Shown here one piece after another: positions 9,695 through 19,751 of a stretch of DNA of 64,000 nucleotides. Source of the stretch: Pseudomonadota bacterium (lineage in GTDB: Bacteria > Desulfobacterota > Desulfobacteria > Desulfobacterales > JBDRRP01); assembly GCA_043825735.1 (NCBI GenBank), contig JBDRRP010000093.1, positions 1 to 64,000 of the forward strand, read 5' to 3'. How positions within the stretch are numbered: position 1 is the stretch's first letter; each line of letters starts with the position of its first letter. Made by a program: the position numbers and the translations under genes. The notes below the pieces were generated by a model. It saw only the letters and a program-made list of their open reading frames with translations, was not told the origin of the DNA and did no database searches.

Positions 9695-9732
9695 AGCCCT
9701 TCAGGCATGGAATGCCTGAAGGGCTTTTTTTT
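9695..9732 (+). terminator. Riboswitch expression-platform terminator
   Basis: agcccttcaggcat-gga-atgcctgaagggct followed by a T-run. Confidence 0.85.
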
Positions 9733-9780
9733 GGTCGCTGGCGCGGGCGGGGCCGCTCTCATCATCGGAAGGAGAAATCA

Positions 9781-10755
9781 ATGAAGCGTCTGGGTATCCT
9801 TTTTCTGGCTGCCGTTCTTGCAGTCGCCACCGCCGGCTTGGCGCCGGCATCGATGCACACGTCCGCAACGGTCAAAAAAGCAATCGTTCTTGCAGTTTTC
9901 GGAACCACAGTCCCCGCGGCACTGAAGTCCATCCTCTCGCTCCAGTCAAAAATGGCGCAGGCCTTTCCGGACATGCCGGTGAGCCTGGCCTTCACCAGTG
10001 AAATCGTCCGCGCCAAATGGGCCGGGCGGGCACAGGACGCCGCCTGGCGCCGGCAGCACCCGGAGGTCCCCGACGCCCTCTACACGGTTAAAAACCCGCT
10101 GGCGACGATCGCCAATCTTCAGGACCAGGGATACCGGTACATCGCCGTTCAGTCGACGCACATCTTCCCCGGCGAGGAGTACGAAAACCTCAAATCCGAG
10201 ATCGATGCGCTGGCCGCCATCCGGACCCTGCGCGATCGGGACAGACCCTTCAGGAAAATCGTCCTGGGCCGCCCGGCCCTGGGGGCGCCCGGCGACCGTC
10301 ACCCCTACAGCGAAGACATCGCCCACGCAGCGTTGGTGCTTGAAGCCGATATCGCCCTGGCACGCAAGAACCGCTCGGCACTGGTGTATATGGGCCACGG
10401 CAACGAGGTGTTTTCCACCGGTGTCTATATGGAACTGGAAGCGGCGCTCAGAGACAGTGCACCGGAGGTTCCTGTATTTGTCGGCGTTGTTGAGGGGTTT
10501 CCACCGCTCGAACGGGTGATCGACGCCCTCACCCACGCCAAAGTGAAAACCGTCACCCTGTTTCCCCTCATGGTGGTGGCCGGTGACCATGCAGCAAACG
10601 ACATGGCCGGAGCGGAAGACGATTCGTGGAAGACGCGCATCCAAGCCAAAGGCATCACTGTAACGCCGATGCTGCGGGGACTCGGTGAGGTGGACGCCTG
10701 GGCCGATATTTACGTGCAGCACCTCAAGGACGCGATGAAGGACGAGGGCTTTTAA
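9781..10755 (+). CDS. cbiK: Sirohydrochlorin cobaltochelatase CbiK, exported type with signal peptide
   Basis: FGTT, AFTS, PGEEY, MGHG, VEG.P and PLMVVAGDHA.NDM motifs; signal peptide MKRLGILFLAAVLAVATAGLAPA; AAGGAG RBS. Confidence 0.92.
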   Translation: MKRLGILFLAAVLAVATAGLAPASMHTSATVKKAIVLAVFGTTVPAALKSILSLQSKMAQAFPDMPVSLAFTSEIVRAKWAGRAQDAAWRRQHPEVPDALYTVKNPLATIANLQDQGYRYIAVQSTHIFPGEEYENLKSEIDALAAIRTLRDRDRPFRKIVLGRPALGAPGDRHPYSEDIAHAALVLEADIALARKNRSALVYMGHGNEVFSTGVYMELEAALRDSAPEVPVFVGVVEGFPPLERVIDALTHAKVKTVTLFPLMVVAGDHAANDMAGAEDDSWKTRIQAKGITVTPMLRGLGEVDAWADIYVQHLKDAMKDEGF

Positions 10756-10759
10756 CGCG

Positions 10760-11347
10760 TCAGCGCCACGCCGCCGCGCGCTCCGGCGCTTCGTCGACCG
10801 ATGCGTACGCCGGATGCACCGACACCGGCCACACCGATGCGGCGGCCACATTGGGCCCCACCACCAGCAGATTGTTGGCGAGCGTTGCCTGAACTTTTTC
10901 CAGAAGCGAGCCGAACAACAGACTTTTCACGAGCACCTGGTTCCCGGTGCTGATGATGACAAGGGCATCGTGCGGAATCTCGTAGAGCCCTTCGGCCAGT
11001 GATTTCGTCTCCAGCTCGTGGTTGTGCCGAAAGGCCGCAGTAACGGATGCGGCCGGTGCCTCCCAGCCGTCGCCGTTCACCAGCCGGTAGCAATCCAGGG
11101 GCAGTCCGCTACGCGCCTTCAGAAACAACGCCGCATCCAGCGCCCGGTCCTGTTGCGCATCGCCGCTGCACAGGACCGCCAAGCTTTGCCACGGTTTGAA
11201 GGCAGGGCTGGTGATCAGCACCGGGGACCGGAGATAGGATGCGTCCAGGTCGATCTGCACCACGGCCTGATCAAAGTACATCAGAAAACGGGTCGTCTGG
11301 GCGATATACACCCGAAGCGGGATTTTCAGAATCCGATATGGAACCAA
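10760..11347 (-). pseudogene. Universal stress protein-like gene, probably truncated or degenerate
   Basis: USP-like C-terminus (KSLLFGSLLEKVQATLANNLLVVGP); no convincing start or RBS. Confidence 0.5.
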
Positions 11348-11535
11348 CGCTCACTATCATCAGCAGTATGGGCCTATTTCGAAAACGTGTCCGCCTCTGG
11401 TTGTCGCCACTGAGCGCAGAGGCCGCCATGGATCAAATGATCATATAGCGCCGTGCAGCACAACACATGCGCAGCATCCTGTCGATACGGTTACAATGAC
11501 CGTATCATACGGATATAAACAACCATGACACCAGA

Positions 11536-11964
11536 CTAGTACCCATGGTGCTTCAGGATATCCATAATGCGGTCCTGGCCTGCTTTTTCGACGATCAACA
11601 TTTTCTTTTCTTTGGCGCTCTTGATTTTCTCGGCAAGTGATTCCATGTCGGCCGGCTTTTCCACAAAATCCAGCGCGCCGGCTTTGATGGCCGCCACGCC
11701 TTTTTCTACGGTGGCGTGACCGGTGAGCAGGATCACCTGAATTTCAGGTCGTTTTTCCTTGATGCGGTTGAGCGCCTCCAATCCGTCCATGCCGGGCATC
11801 TTCAAATCCAGAATGACGGCATCGAAGTGCTCTACTTCCAACTGCGCCAGCGCCTCAACGGCAGATGTGCTCGTTGACACCTGCATGCCCCGGTTCGCCA
11901 AGCGTTCACGCATCACTTCCAGAAAATCCAACTCATCATCCACGAGCAACACTTTTGTGGTCAT
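11536..11964 (-). CDS. Single-domain response regulator
   Basis: VLLVDDE, LDLKMPGMDG, LTGH and KP motifs. Confidence 0.95.
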   Translation of the reverse strand: MTTKVLLVDDELDFLEVMRERLANRGMQVSTSTSAVEALAQLEVEHFDAVILDLKMPGMDGLEALNRIKEKRPEIQVILLTGHATVEKGVAAIKAGALDFVEKPADMESLAEKIKSAKEKKMLIVEKAGQDRIMDILKHHGY

Positions 11965-12032
11965 GATTTCCTCCTGCGATATGGTTTACATCGGCATGCG
12001 TCAATAATGCCATTCGCGATTGCCGGTTGTGC

Positions 12033-12668
12033 TTATGCCGGTAAGAGAAGGCTTACCGATTGCTGCTCCGCGCGGTGCGTCACCTGGACCTGAAGTTCGG
12101 TCGCAAGATCGGAAACGGCTGCTACGGCACCGGTCATGGCAACGACGTCGGCAATGCCGGCGATCTTGATCAAAACCCCTTCCGGCGACGACTCACAAGA
12201 AATGGTCACCTGACGCGCGGTGGCGGCCGGCCCCATAGTGGCATCCAACAAAATCCACATCAGGTTCATCAGCCAGAATGTCGATGTATGGGCCATGGCC
12301 GGGGTGTCCGGCAGCCGCAATTCAAGGCTGACATTGCGCATATCGGCAGGGCGACGGGAGAGCGCTACAGTGCAGGCAAGCACCAGGCTGATGTCCGTTT
12401 CGCCCCTGATCTGGTCCACGCTGTGGGAAAACCGGTTCATGTGTTTGAGCAGGTCATCGGCCAGCCCCACCTGTTTTTTAACGGCACCCGCCAGGCGCTC
12501 AAGGCGTTCGGGGGCGATGGGGCCGCTTTTTTCGGACATGTGCACCAGATCGGTGAGCAGTCCGGCCTGCTCGTTGATGATCGCAAAACGGTTCTTGAGT
12601 TCATGGGAAATGGATGCCGTCATGGCCCCGAAGAACTTCAGCCCGGTCTGGGTCAACTCGTCTGACAT
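12033..12668 (-). CDS. Sensorless histidine kinase-like protein (HisKA plus degenerate HATPase)
   Basis: H-box SISHELKN present; no recognisable G1/F/G2 boxes. Confidence 0.75.
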   Translation of the reverse strand: MSDELTQTGLKFFGAMTASISHELKNRFAIINEQAGLLTDLVHMSEKSGPIAPERLERLAGAVKKQVGLADDLLKHMNRFSHSVDQIRGETDISLVLACTVALSRRPADMRNVSLELRLPDTPAMAHTSTFWLMNLMWILLDATMGPAATARQVTISCESSPEGVLIKIAGIADVVAMTGAVAAVSDLATELQVQVTHRAEQQSVSLLLPA

Positions 12669-12669
12669 G

Positions 12670-13044
12670 CTAATTCACCTCTTTAATTTTAGCCTGAATC
12701 ACGCTGATTTTGGCCAGCAGATCCTCCAGGCGCAGCGGCTTGAGCAAATAGTAATCTGATCCGGCTTCAGCCGCCCCGGTCATGTAAGCATCCTGGGAGC
12801 CGTGCCCGGTGAGGAAAATAAATTTCATGGACGGGCAGGTCTGCTGAAGCCGCCGCTTTAACTCAATACCGCCGATACGCGGCATCTTCACATCGAGCAC
12901 GGCCAGATCGTAGCACCCTTCCGTGGCCTTGGTGACCGCATCTTCAGGCGCACTGACCCAATCGGCGTCAATGCCCCTGAACGAGAGCCGTTCGGCCAGT
13001 GTGCTGACGAATTCCACTTCATCGTCGACCAGGAGAACTTTCAT
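12670..13044 (-). CDS. Single-domain response regulator
   Basis: VLLVDDE, LDVKMP, LTGHG and KP motifs. Confidence 0.95.
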   Translation of the reverse strand: MKVLLVDDEVEFVSTLAERLSFRGIDADWVSAPEDAVTKATEGCYDLAVLDVKMPRIGGIELKRRLQQTCPSMKFIFLTGHGSQDAYMTGAAEAGSDYYLLKPLRLEDLLAKISVIQAKIKEVN

Positions 13045-14813
13045 TTTGTTTCCTCTGTAATGTCGCAAGCCACGGGGGGTGCTGCCACCCCTTTCGGCCG
13101 GGAAACCAGCGGCAATGTAATGGTAAAGGTGGTTCCCTTGCCCACCTCACTGGTCACGCGAATATTCCCGCCCAGTTCCTGAACCAGCCCGTAGGTGATA
13201 GACAACCCCAGACCGGTACCCCCGGAACCGATTTTGGTGGAAAAAAAGGGCTCAAACACGCGATCGACATCCTCCGCCCGGATCCCGTGGCCGGTATCGG
13301 TAAACGAAATGACCACATGCTGCGCGTCTCTCATAGCTGCTGTGATCGTGAGGTAGCCGTTGTCGGGCAGTGCCGCAAAGGCGTTTGTGATCAAATTGAG
13401 AAAGATTTCCTGCAGCCGGCCCGGGTCACTTTCCAGCATCGGAATTTCGTCGTCGACAGAGACCGACACCGTGATACACCGGTATTCGGCCTCTTTGCCT
13501 AAAAATCCGAGCACCTCATACAGGGTATCGCGCAGGTTGATCGTTTTCATTGCCATGTCCGAATGCCGGGCAAAGTTGAGCAGGCGCCGGGTGATCCCCG
13601 CACACCGATCCACCGAACTGATGACGGCATCGATCAAGGACATAAGCTTCTGGTCCTTAGCGTATTCTTGTTTGAACTGGAAGAGATCTTTGATCAGCCC
13701 GGCCTTTTCGTTAATGATGGCCAGCGGGTTGTTGATCTCGTGGGCAACGCCTGCCGACAAACGGCCCAGGCTGGCCATCTTGTTGGCGTATTCCACCTTG
13801 TGAATCACCGCCAACCGCCGGATATCGGCCAGGTAGATCTGGTTTACCAAAAAGGTAATACCGCCCAGGATAACCACAATGATGGTAAACACGGAAATCG
13901 AAAGAAAGGCGATAATCTGCAGGCGGCTGCGCTGCCAGGGTATCATGAGCCGGTCTTTATCCTTGACGATCATCAGGAGAAAGGGCGTCTCCGGAATGTA
14001 GGCATAGCCAATAATCAGTGTGCCGCCGCCACGGGGCTTGCTTTCGACCACCTGGGTTCTGTCCGAAAACGCCGGGACATCGAGCATGATCCGGTCCATG
14101 ATACTGCCGTGAGACCGCGAAAAGGTCTGCAGCACACCGACCTTGTTGATCACGAAGGCATCCCCGTCTCCGCCCACTTCCAACCCGGAAAGCAGATCGT
14201 TCAGCCGCGTGGTGTCCAGCGTTGCCCGCAGCACATAACAGCACCCTTCCGGCAACTTGTGCTTCACGGCAACGACCATGTGCGGCACATTTCGGAACCC
14301 CATGAATACATCGCTGACATACACGCCGCCGACGGTGACATCCTTGAACCAGCCGGCAGCGCTGTAGTCCTTGCCGGCCAGATCGTAGGGACCGGCGTAG
14401 GCCACCTGCAGACCGTCATTGTTGATGACGCCGATGTCCACGAATCCGCCGAAACTCGCTTTGAGCCGCTCCAGAAGCTGCTCCAGCGATCCCGGCACCA
14501 AAAGATCCTCAAAAGGCACGCTGCGATTGACGAAATCGAGCGCGGCGCTGCGCTCTGCGAGAAAATAGGTCATGTTGCGGCGGGTGTTGGAGACCAACCG
14601 CGCGGTGCGCAGCAATATCTCCGACATGATGGCCTTCTGGGTCACCCGATAGTCCATCACAGATATGAAGACCAGCGGTATCAGCGCCACCGTGAGCGTC
14701 ATCAGCACCGTCAACTGCCAGATCCTTCTGAAATTGTAGGGTCGCAATTCGGCTTTGAGGCCGATATCGACGTGATTCCAGAATTTGGGTTTCAAATTGT
14801 CGAGCAGCGACAT
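13041..14813 (-). CDS. Membrane sensor histidine kinase with Cache-like periplasmic domain
   Basis: Two TM segments; AHEINNPL, NLITNA, DTGHG, FEPFFSTK and GTGLGL boxes. Confidence 0.95.
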   Translation of the reverse strand: MSLLDNLKPKFWNHVDIGLKAELRPYNFRRIWQLTVLMTLTVALIPLVFISVMDYRVTQKAIMSEILLRTARLVSNTRRNMTYFLAERSAALDFVNRSVPFEDLLVPGSLEQLLERLKASFGGFVDIGVINNDGLQVAYAGPYDLAGKDYSAAGWFKDVTVGGVYVSDVFMGFRNVPHMVVAVKHKLPEGCCYVLRATLDTTRLNDLLSGLEVGGDGDAFVINKVGVLQTFSRSHGSIMDRIMLDVPAFSDRTQVVESKPRGGGTLIIGYAYIPETPFLLMIVKDKDRLMIPWQRSRLQIIAFLSISVFTIIVVILGGITFLVNQIYLADIRRLAVIHKVEYANKMASLGRLSAGVAHEINNPLAIINEKAGLIKDLFQFKQEYAKDQKLMSLIDAVISSVDRCAGITRRLLNFARHSDMAMKTINLRDTLYEVLGFLGKEAEYRCITVSVSVDDEIPMLESDPGRLQEIFLNLITNAFAALPDNGYLTITAAMRDAQHVVISFTDTGHGIRAEDVDRVFEPFFSTKIGSGGTGLGLSITYGLVQELGGNIRVTSEVGKGTTFTITLPLVSRPKGVAAPPVACDITEETK

Positions 14814-15221
14814 AGAATCTTGGCTCCCGAAGTGACGATTTGCCTGAATTAAGATGGATGCTCCCGTAAAAAGTCTTCGCAATTATCTACGAATTAAAGG
14901 CGCGGCCCCGTTGCCATGGCGCCGCCCGGTGCACTCTTTTTAGGGTAGATCAGCCCGTTATCGTTTATCCATTTTTCTTTCGTGTGTTTCGTGTGTTTCG
15001 TGGTTTATGGTTCTTTTTTTGGCAGAAAAAAAAGAGATAAGAACCTGTTTCTGGCTGTGGGGGCGCGCCAAGCGCTATCCCATCTCCACTTTTGACCGCA
15101 GTAACTGATTTCAACCACGAAACACACAAAACACACGAAAAGTATCGCAAAGCGGCTCGTTGCAACGGGCCTGTCCGCCGATGGGATGTGGCGGACACCA
15201 CTCGGTGCAACCTTTTTTTGG

Positions 15222-15357
15222 TAGATAAGCCCGAAAGTCTTAAATCACCACAGAGGACGCAGCGACAACCCATTATCGCAAATGCCACATCGGAACATAT
15301 TCTCTGCGTTCCTCTGCGATCTCTGCGGTTCAAAACCTCTTATTACGGATTCATCAA
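15222..15357. repeat. MITE-like palindromic element (copy D)
   Basis: Ends in TTACGGATTCATCAA; internal CAGAG/CTCTG inverted arms; colinear with 39531-39667. Confidence 0.75.
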
Positions 15358-15481
15358 ATTTAGGTTCACGAGAAACCGGCAGCGCGGCCGGGTCCGGGTG
15401 CCGCGGCATCCATTGGCGCACGGATGAATCCGCGGCGACGGCGCCGCACCCGATCAATCGGCGCCGTTTCCGAGCAGCCGC

Positions 15482-16705
15482 TCATGATTGGCGGTCCCGC
15501 TGCTGCTTCATTTTCTCATTGGCCTTCTTGAGCGTTTCCGTTAGGACGTCGATGTCCACCGGTTTCTGCAGATAGGCGAACGCGCCCAGCGACATACAGG
15601 TCTCCCGATCCGCATCGGACCCATGCCCGGTGAGGATAATGACTTCGATCCCCGGCCGCGTCTGTTTCACCTTCCGCAGGACCTCGATGCCATCGATGCC
15701 GGGCATCTTGAGATCGAGGATCATGACTTCAGGCTCATCATCGGCGACCATGTCAAGGGCGGATTCCCCGTCATAGGTCACCGCCGAGTTCATTTCCCGC
15801 ATCTGGAGCCGCTCGGAGAGGGTATGAACGAATTCGCGCTCATCATCCACCAGTAGTAATTTGGGCACATCGAAATCGTATTTCCGATAGATATCCGCCC
15901 GGTGGAACCCCTTGCCGATACGCGTGTCAACGGAAGTGACCCCCTCAACGGTCTCCGCGACACTCTTGAGTTCGGTTTCCAGGCGACCGAGCATGAGCAC
16001 ATTTTGGTGAATGGTAATGGTCACCGCCCCGCCTCTGGCGCTGACTTCAACATTGTGTCCTTCCCTGGCCAGCGCTACGCCCACCTGCGAGGCCAGCACA
16101 AAATCGGCGGCCGCATGCCTTGAAGCGTCGGTGGGCTGGATGACTTCGCTTCGCAGGTTCTCCACGATGTCGCTGAGCGCGGCGTCGGTATCGAGTTTGT
16201 CGACCGGGATGAGGATATCATAGAGCGCCGGCGCCCACGGGTCCCGTGTCTTGAAGAGTTCATACACCCACGCGGCCCGCTCTTCATCGGCCTTGTGGAT
16301 CTGCGCAATGGCCTCTTTCTCACTCAGACCGGCCGTCTCTTTGGCCACCTGGATCCGTGATCTCATGTCGGCAATGAGACACACCCGAAGGACATGTGCG
16401 ACGGTGGACGGTATCAGCATACTGCTGAACCCATCGACCAGCAAGTTGCCGTCGGAGAGCATCTCGGCGATGGCCAGACGCAGCCAGGCAATCGCCCGCT
16501 CCTTTTCATGGGTGAATTTATTGAAAACCGACGTCTTCCCGCTGAAAACCCCCCGAAGCGGTTTCTCACCCATGCCGGAAAGGGCAACCGCCTGACGCAC
16601 GACATCATCATCGGTGACCCGGTTCAAATCGATGGTTTTTACCAGATGCTCAACAATCTTTTCTTTATTGCAAAACGTGCTGCTGAAAATTGTGAGTACG
16701 GGCAT
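15482..16705 (-). CDS. Cytidylate kinase-like + BON-like + receiver domain fusion
   Basis: N-terminal NMP-kinase-like fold (LRVCLIAD..R, D.ER..W, YDILI); middle domain VEVSARGGAVTI..VEGVTSV; C-terminal REC (LLVDDE, DLKMPG, KP). Confidence 0.8.
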   Translation of the reverse strand: MPVLTIFSSTFCNKEKIVEHLVKTIDLNRVTDDDVVRQAVALSGMGEKPLRGVFSGKTSVFNKFTHEKERAIAWLRLAIAEMLSDGNLLVDGFSSMLIPSTVAHVLRVCLIADMRSRIQVAKETAGLSEKEAIAQIHKADEERAAWVYELFKTRDPWAPALYDILIPVDKLDTDAALSDIVENLRSEVIQPTDASRHAAADFVLASQVGVALAREGHNVEVSARGGAVTITIHQNVLMLGRLETELKSVAETVEGVTSVDTRIGKGFHRADIYRKYDFDVPKLLLVDDEREFVHTLSERLQMREMNSAVTYDGESALDMVADDEPEVMILDLKMPGIDGIEVLRKVKQTRPGIEVIILTGHGSDADRETCMSLGAFAYLQKPVDIDVLTETLKKANEKMKQQRDRQS

Positions 16706-16716
16706 CGTAAATCTCC

Positions 16717-18849
16717 TTAACTGATATCTTCGGTGGCAATCCGGCACACGGTCGTGAGCGGGCATGTGGTTTCTTCGCTGCCGTGGTGGGACTGCTCGTG
16801 AACCATGCAGACAGCGCGCTCCATCGTCGGGTAAATATGATCGAAACCGATCTTTTCCAGAAGGTGGGTACGCTTGAGCACCTTCATGAGCGTCTCGTTG
16901 ATACCCGAAAAAGAGATATCCACACCGGCGCTGCGCACCCGGTCAATGAGCAGCGAGAGGGCTTCTTCTCCGGAGGCGTCCATATCGCTGATGCCGTTGG
17001 CGGCAATGATGATGTGACGCAGTTTTTTCTTCTCCACCAGGCGTTCGTTGATCTTGTCTTCCAGGTAGCTGGCGTTGGCGAAAAAAAGAGATCCGTCAAA
17101 CCGAACGAGATCCACGTGCTTGCACTCGCCGAGACCGTGGGTGATCGAGCATCGGAAGGCATCGTCATCGGTCCTGGACAGGGAGGCCACCGTGGGGCGC
17201 ATGCTCTTATAGAGAAATACCATCAGCGACAGGACCACACCCACCATGATCCCCTTGTCCAGATGGGGGGCAAAGGCCAGTGTACAAAGGAACGTGATAA
17301 TGGAAATGGCACCGTCATACCACTGTGCTTCCCAGGCATGGATAAAACCGGTGACGTTGATCAACCCGATGACGGCCATCATGATAACCGCTGCCAATAC
17401 CGCCTGAGGCAGATGATACAACAGGGGGGTAAAAAACAGCAATACGATTACGACGGCCAGACTCGTAAACACCGACGACAGTCCCGAGATTGCACCGGCC
17501 TGAAGGTTGACGGCCGATCGTGAAAAGGAGCCCGAAGTGGGGTAGCTCTTGCCGATGGAGCCCAGGATGTTGGCCAGCCCCTGCCCGATCAGTTCCTGGT
17601 TGGGATCGAGACGCTGCCCGGTTTTGGCGGCCATGGCCTTGGCGATGGAAATCGCCTCCATGAACCCCAGCAGGGAAATGATGACAGCGTAAGGCAACAG
17701 CTGCATGAACGTTTTTATCGTCAGCGGCGGTATGGTGAAACTCGGGAGCCCCTTGGGGATGGTTCCTACCACCGCGCCGCCGCCGGTCATGTTGACACGC
17801 GCCAGATCGATGGGGTTGTTGCCGACCCGGATTCGCCAGATGCGCCCGTCGCTACCGCTCGGCGCCCCGTCCCTTGGCACGAAATGCAGCGCGTCGCCGA
17901 CGGTGATCCCGGTGAAAAACATCTGGCGCAACTGGGTGCGGAAAACGTGGGCATCGTGCTTGGCACGATCGATCCGGGCGTTCACCACCGCCATGTCATG
18001 CTCGGCATCAATGATGGCAATGCGATCCTTTTCGTGCCGGGCGTTATCGAGCACCGCGGAAAGGGCCGTGCGCTCCTCGGAAAGGGACGGTATCTTCATT
18101 ACGGCGGAATTGAACTGCGCGACGATCTGCGCCACCTGGGGCGCTTCAATGGCGCTGATGTCCGCACGGGTATCGTGCTGGAACCCCGTCGACCAGGCAA
18201 TCACCGTTGTCACCGCCACGGCCACCAGCACGTTGGGGATTTTCGGATTCAGCCGCCGCAGTCCGTACATGATCCCGAAGGCCAAAACGCCCATGACCAG
18301 GGTGGGCCAGTGGGTATACTGATAGGCGGCCCGGCAGACCCTCACGATGGTTTCATAGTGATGCGCGGCATTGTCCACATAAACGCCGAACATCTTGGAC
18401 AGCTGGGAGGAGGCGATAATGATGGCCGCGGCATTGGTAAATCCGTTGACCACCGGGTGGGAAAGAAAGTTCACCACCAGCCCCAGCCGCAACAGGCCCA
18501 GCGCCAGCTGGAACACCCCCACCGTGAGTGCCAGCACCACGGCGTAGGCGATAAAGGCCTCGCTGCCGGCTGTCGCCAACGGCTCCAGAGAGGCGGATGT
18601 CATCAGCGATACGACCGCCACCGGACCGGTGGCCAGCTGCCGGCTGGAGCCGAACAGCGAGGCTACCATGGGCGGCAAAAAGGCGGCGTAAAGACCGTAG
18701 TAGGGTGGGAGCCCGGCGAGCTGGGCATAGGCCATTGACTGTGGGATCAGCACCAGGGCAACTGTCAGACCGGAGAGGGCGTCGATTCTGAAATGCTCGA
18801 GCGTGTAACCCCTGAACCACTCCAAAAAGGGAAAAATGCGTTTGATCAT
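16717..18849 (-). CDS. sulP: SulP family anion (sulfate) permease with STAS domain
   Basis: PQSMAYA..GLY, FGSSRQLATGP, NQELIGQG..N, GSFSRS; STAS LFFANA...D.SG. Confidence 0.93.
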   Translation of the reverse strand: MIKRIFPFLEWFRGYTLEHFRIDALSGLTVALVLIPQSMAYAQLAGLPPYYGLYAAFLPPMVASLFGSSRQLATGPVAVVSLMTSASLEPLATAGSEAFIAYAVVLALTVGVFQLALGLLRLGLVVNFLSHPVVNGFTNAAAIIIASSQLSKMFGVYVDNAAHHYETIVRVCRAAYQYTHWPTLVMGVLAFGIMYGLRRLNPKIPNVLVAVAVTTVIAWSTGFQHDTRADISAIEAPQVAQIVAQFNSAVMKIPSLSEERTALSAVLDNARHEKDRIAIIDAEHDMAVVNARIDRAKHDAHVFRTQLRQMFFTGITVGDALHFVPRDGAPSGSDGRIWRIRVGNNPIDLARVNMTGGGAVVGTIPKGLPSFTIPPLTIKTFMQLLPYAVIISLLGFMEAISIAKAMAAKTGQRLDPNQELIGQGLANILGSIGKSYPTSGSFSRSAVNLQAGAISGLSSVFTSLAVVIVLLFFTPLLYHLPQAVLAAVIMMAVIGLINVTGFIHAWEAQWYDGAISIITFLCTLAFAPHLDKGIMVGVVLSLMVFLYKSMRPTVASLSRTDDDAFRCSITHGLGECKHVDLVRFDGSLFFANASYLEDKINERLVEKKKLRHIIIAANGISDMDASGEEALSLLIDRVRSAGVDISFSGINETLMKVLKRTHLLEKIGFDHIYPTMERAVCMVHEQSHHGSEETTCPLTTVCRIATEDIS

Positions 18850-18852
18850 GCG

Positions 18853-19458
18853 CTACTCCTGAGTTGGGTCGGTGGGCGAGAGTGACATCATATGGCGGCA
18901 TGCGGTGAGGAGCTCACGATACAGACTTCCGGTATCGTACAGATCGTTGAACCGGAGCCACACCAGGCCGTTGACCATGGAAAAAACGAGCAGGGCGGTC
19001 TTGTGGGCAGGTGCCGGGCGAATGGATCCGTCCAGCTGCCCTTTGAGGATCGCGCCCTCAAAAAAATTTACCAGGGTGTTGTAAATGCTCTCGAGATGAC
19101 GGCGGCATTCGCCGTTCTGGCGCGCCAGTTCATGGGGATAATGACGCTGAATGAGCATGAACCACTCGGTGTTATGACCGACCAGATAGAGGTAGAAAGC
19201 GATCACCTCATCCAGCATGGCCATGCCGGATGAGAACTGCTGACTGGCCATGTATTGGTCGAACTCCCGGATGATGTTTTCTTTGACATCCTCCAGAATC
19301 GCCAGCAACAGATCGATTTTGGTCTTGAAATGATAAAAAATGGTGCCTTCGGCGACACCGGTGATGCGTGCCAACTCGGCGATGGAGGTTTCGTTGTATC
19401 CCTTTTGCGCAAACAGAATGGTTGCAGCGTGGAGGATTTCCAGTTTCTTACCGGCCAT
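18853..19458 (-). CDS. TetR family transcriptional regulator
   Basis: LFAQKGY..TSIAELA...GVAEGTIFYHFKTK. Confidence 0.93.
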   Translation of the reverse strand: MAGKKLEILHAATILFAQKGYNETSIAELARITGVAEGTIFYHFKTKIDLLLAILEDVKENIIREFDQYMASQQFSSGMAMLDEVIAFYLYLVGHNTEWFMLIQRHYPHELARQNGECRRHLESIYNTLVNFFEGAILKGQLDGSIRPAPAHKTALLVFSMVNGLVWLRFNDLYDTGSLYRELLTACRHMMSLSPTDPTQE

Positions 19459-19670
19459 AGATTCTCCCAAATAACTACACTGAGTGCTCACCTCAATAAA
19501 TGATCTCGTCTTGATGGTCAAGAAAAAAAACAGCCCCCCTTTGAAATTCTTTGCATTTTGTACAACGCGCTGACAGTGGCGCGTGAGCGGATACGGGGCC
19601 TCCGCCTCTGAACGAAATGCCATCTATATGTTTTTATTCAGCATTTACGATCACACCGTTGCGACGCCTC

Positions 19671-19686
19671 TGGCATGCGGTTTGCG
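19671..19686 (+). promoter_or_regulatory. sigma54 (-24/-12) promoter
   Basis: TGGCATG-CGGT-TTGCG, 65 bp upstream of the CoA-transferase ATG. Confidence 0.7.
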
Positions 19687-19751
19687 TTTGGGGTATTGAC
19701 CCGAATCTGGGTCAACCTGACCCGACGCCCACGTTTATCCGGAGGCCTGAA

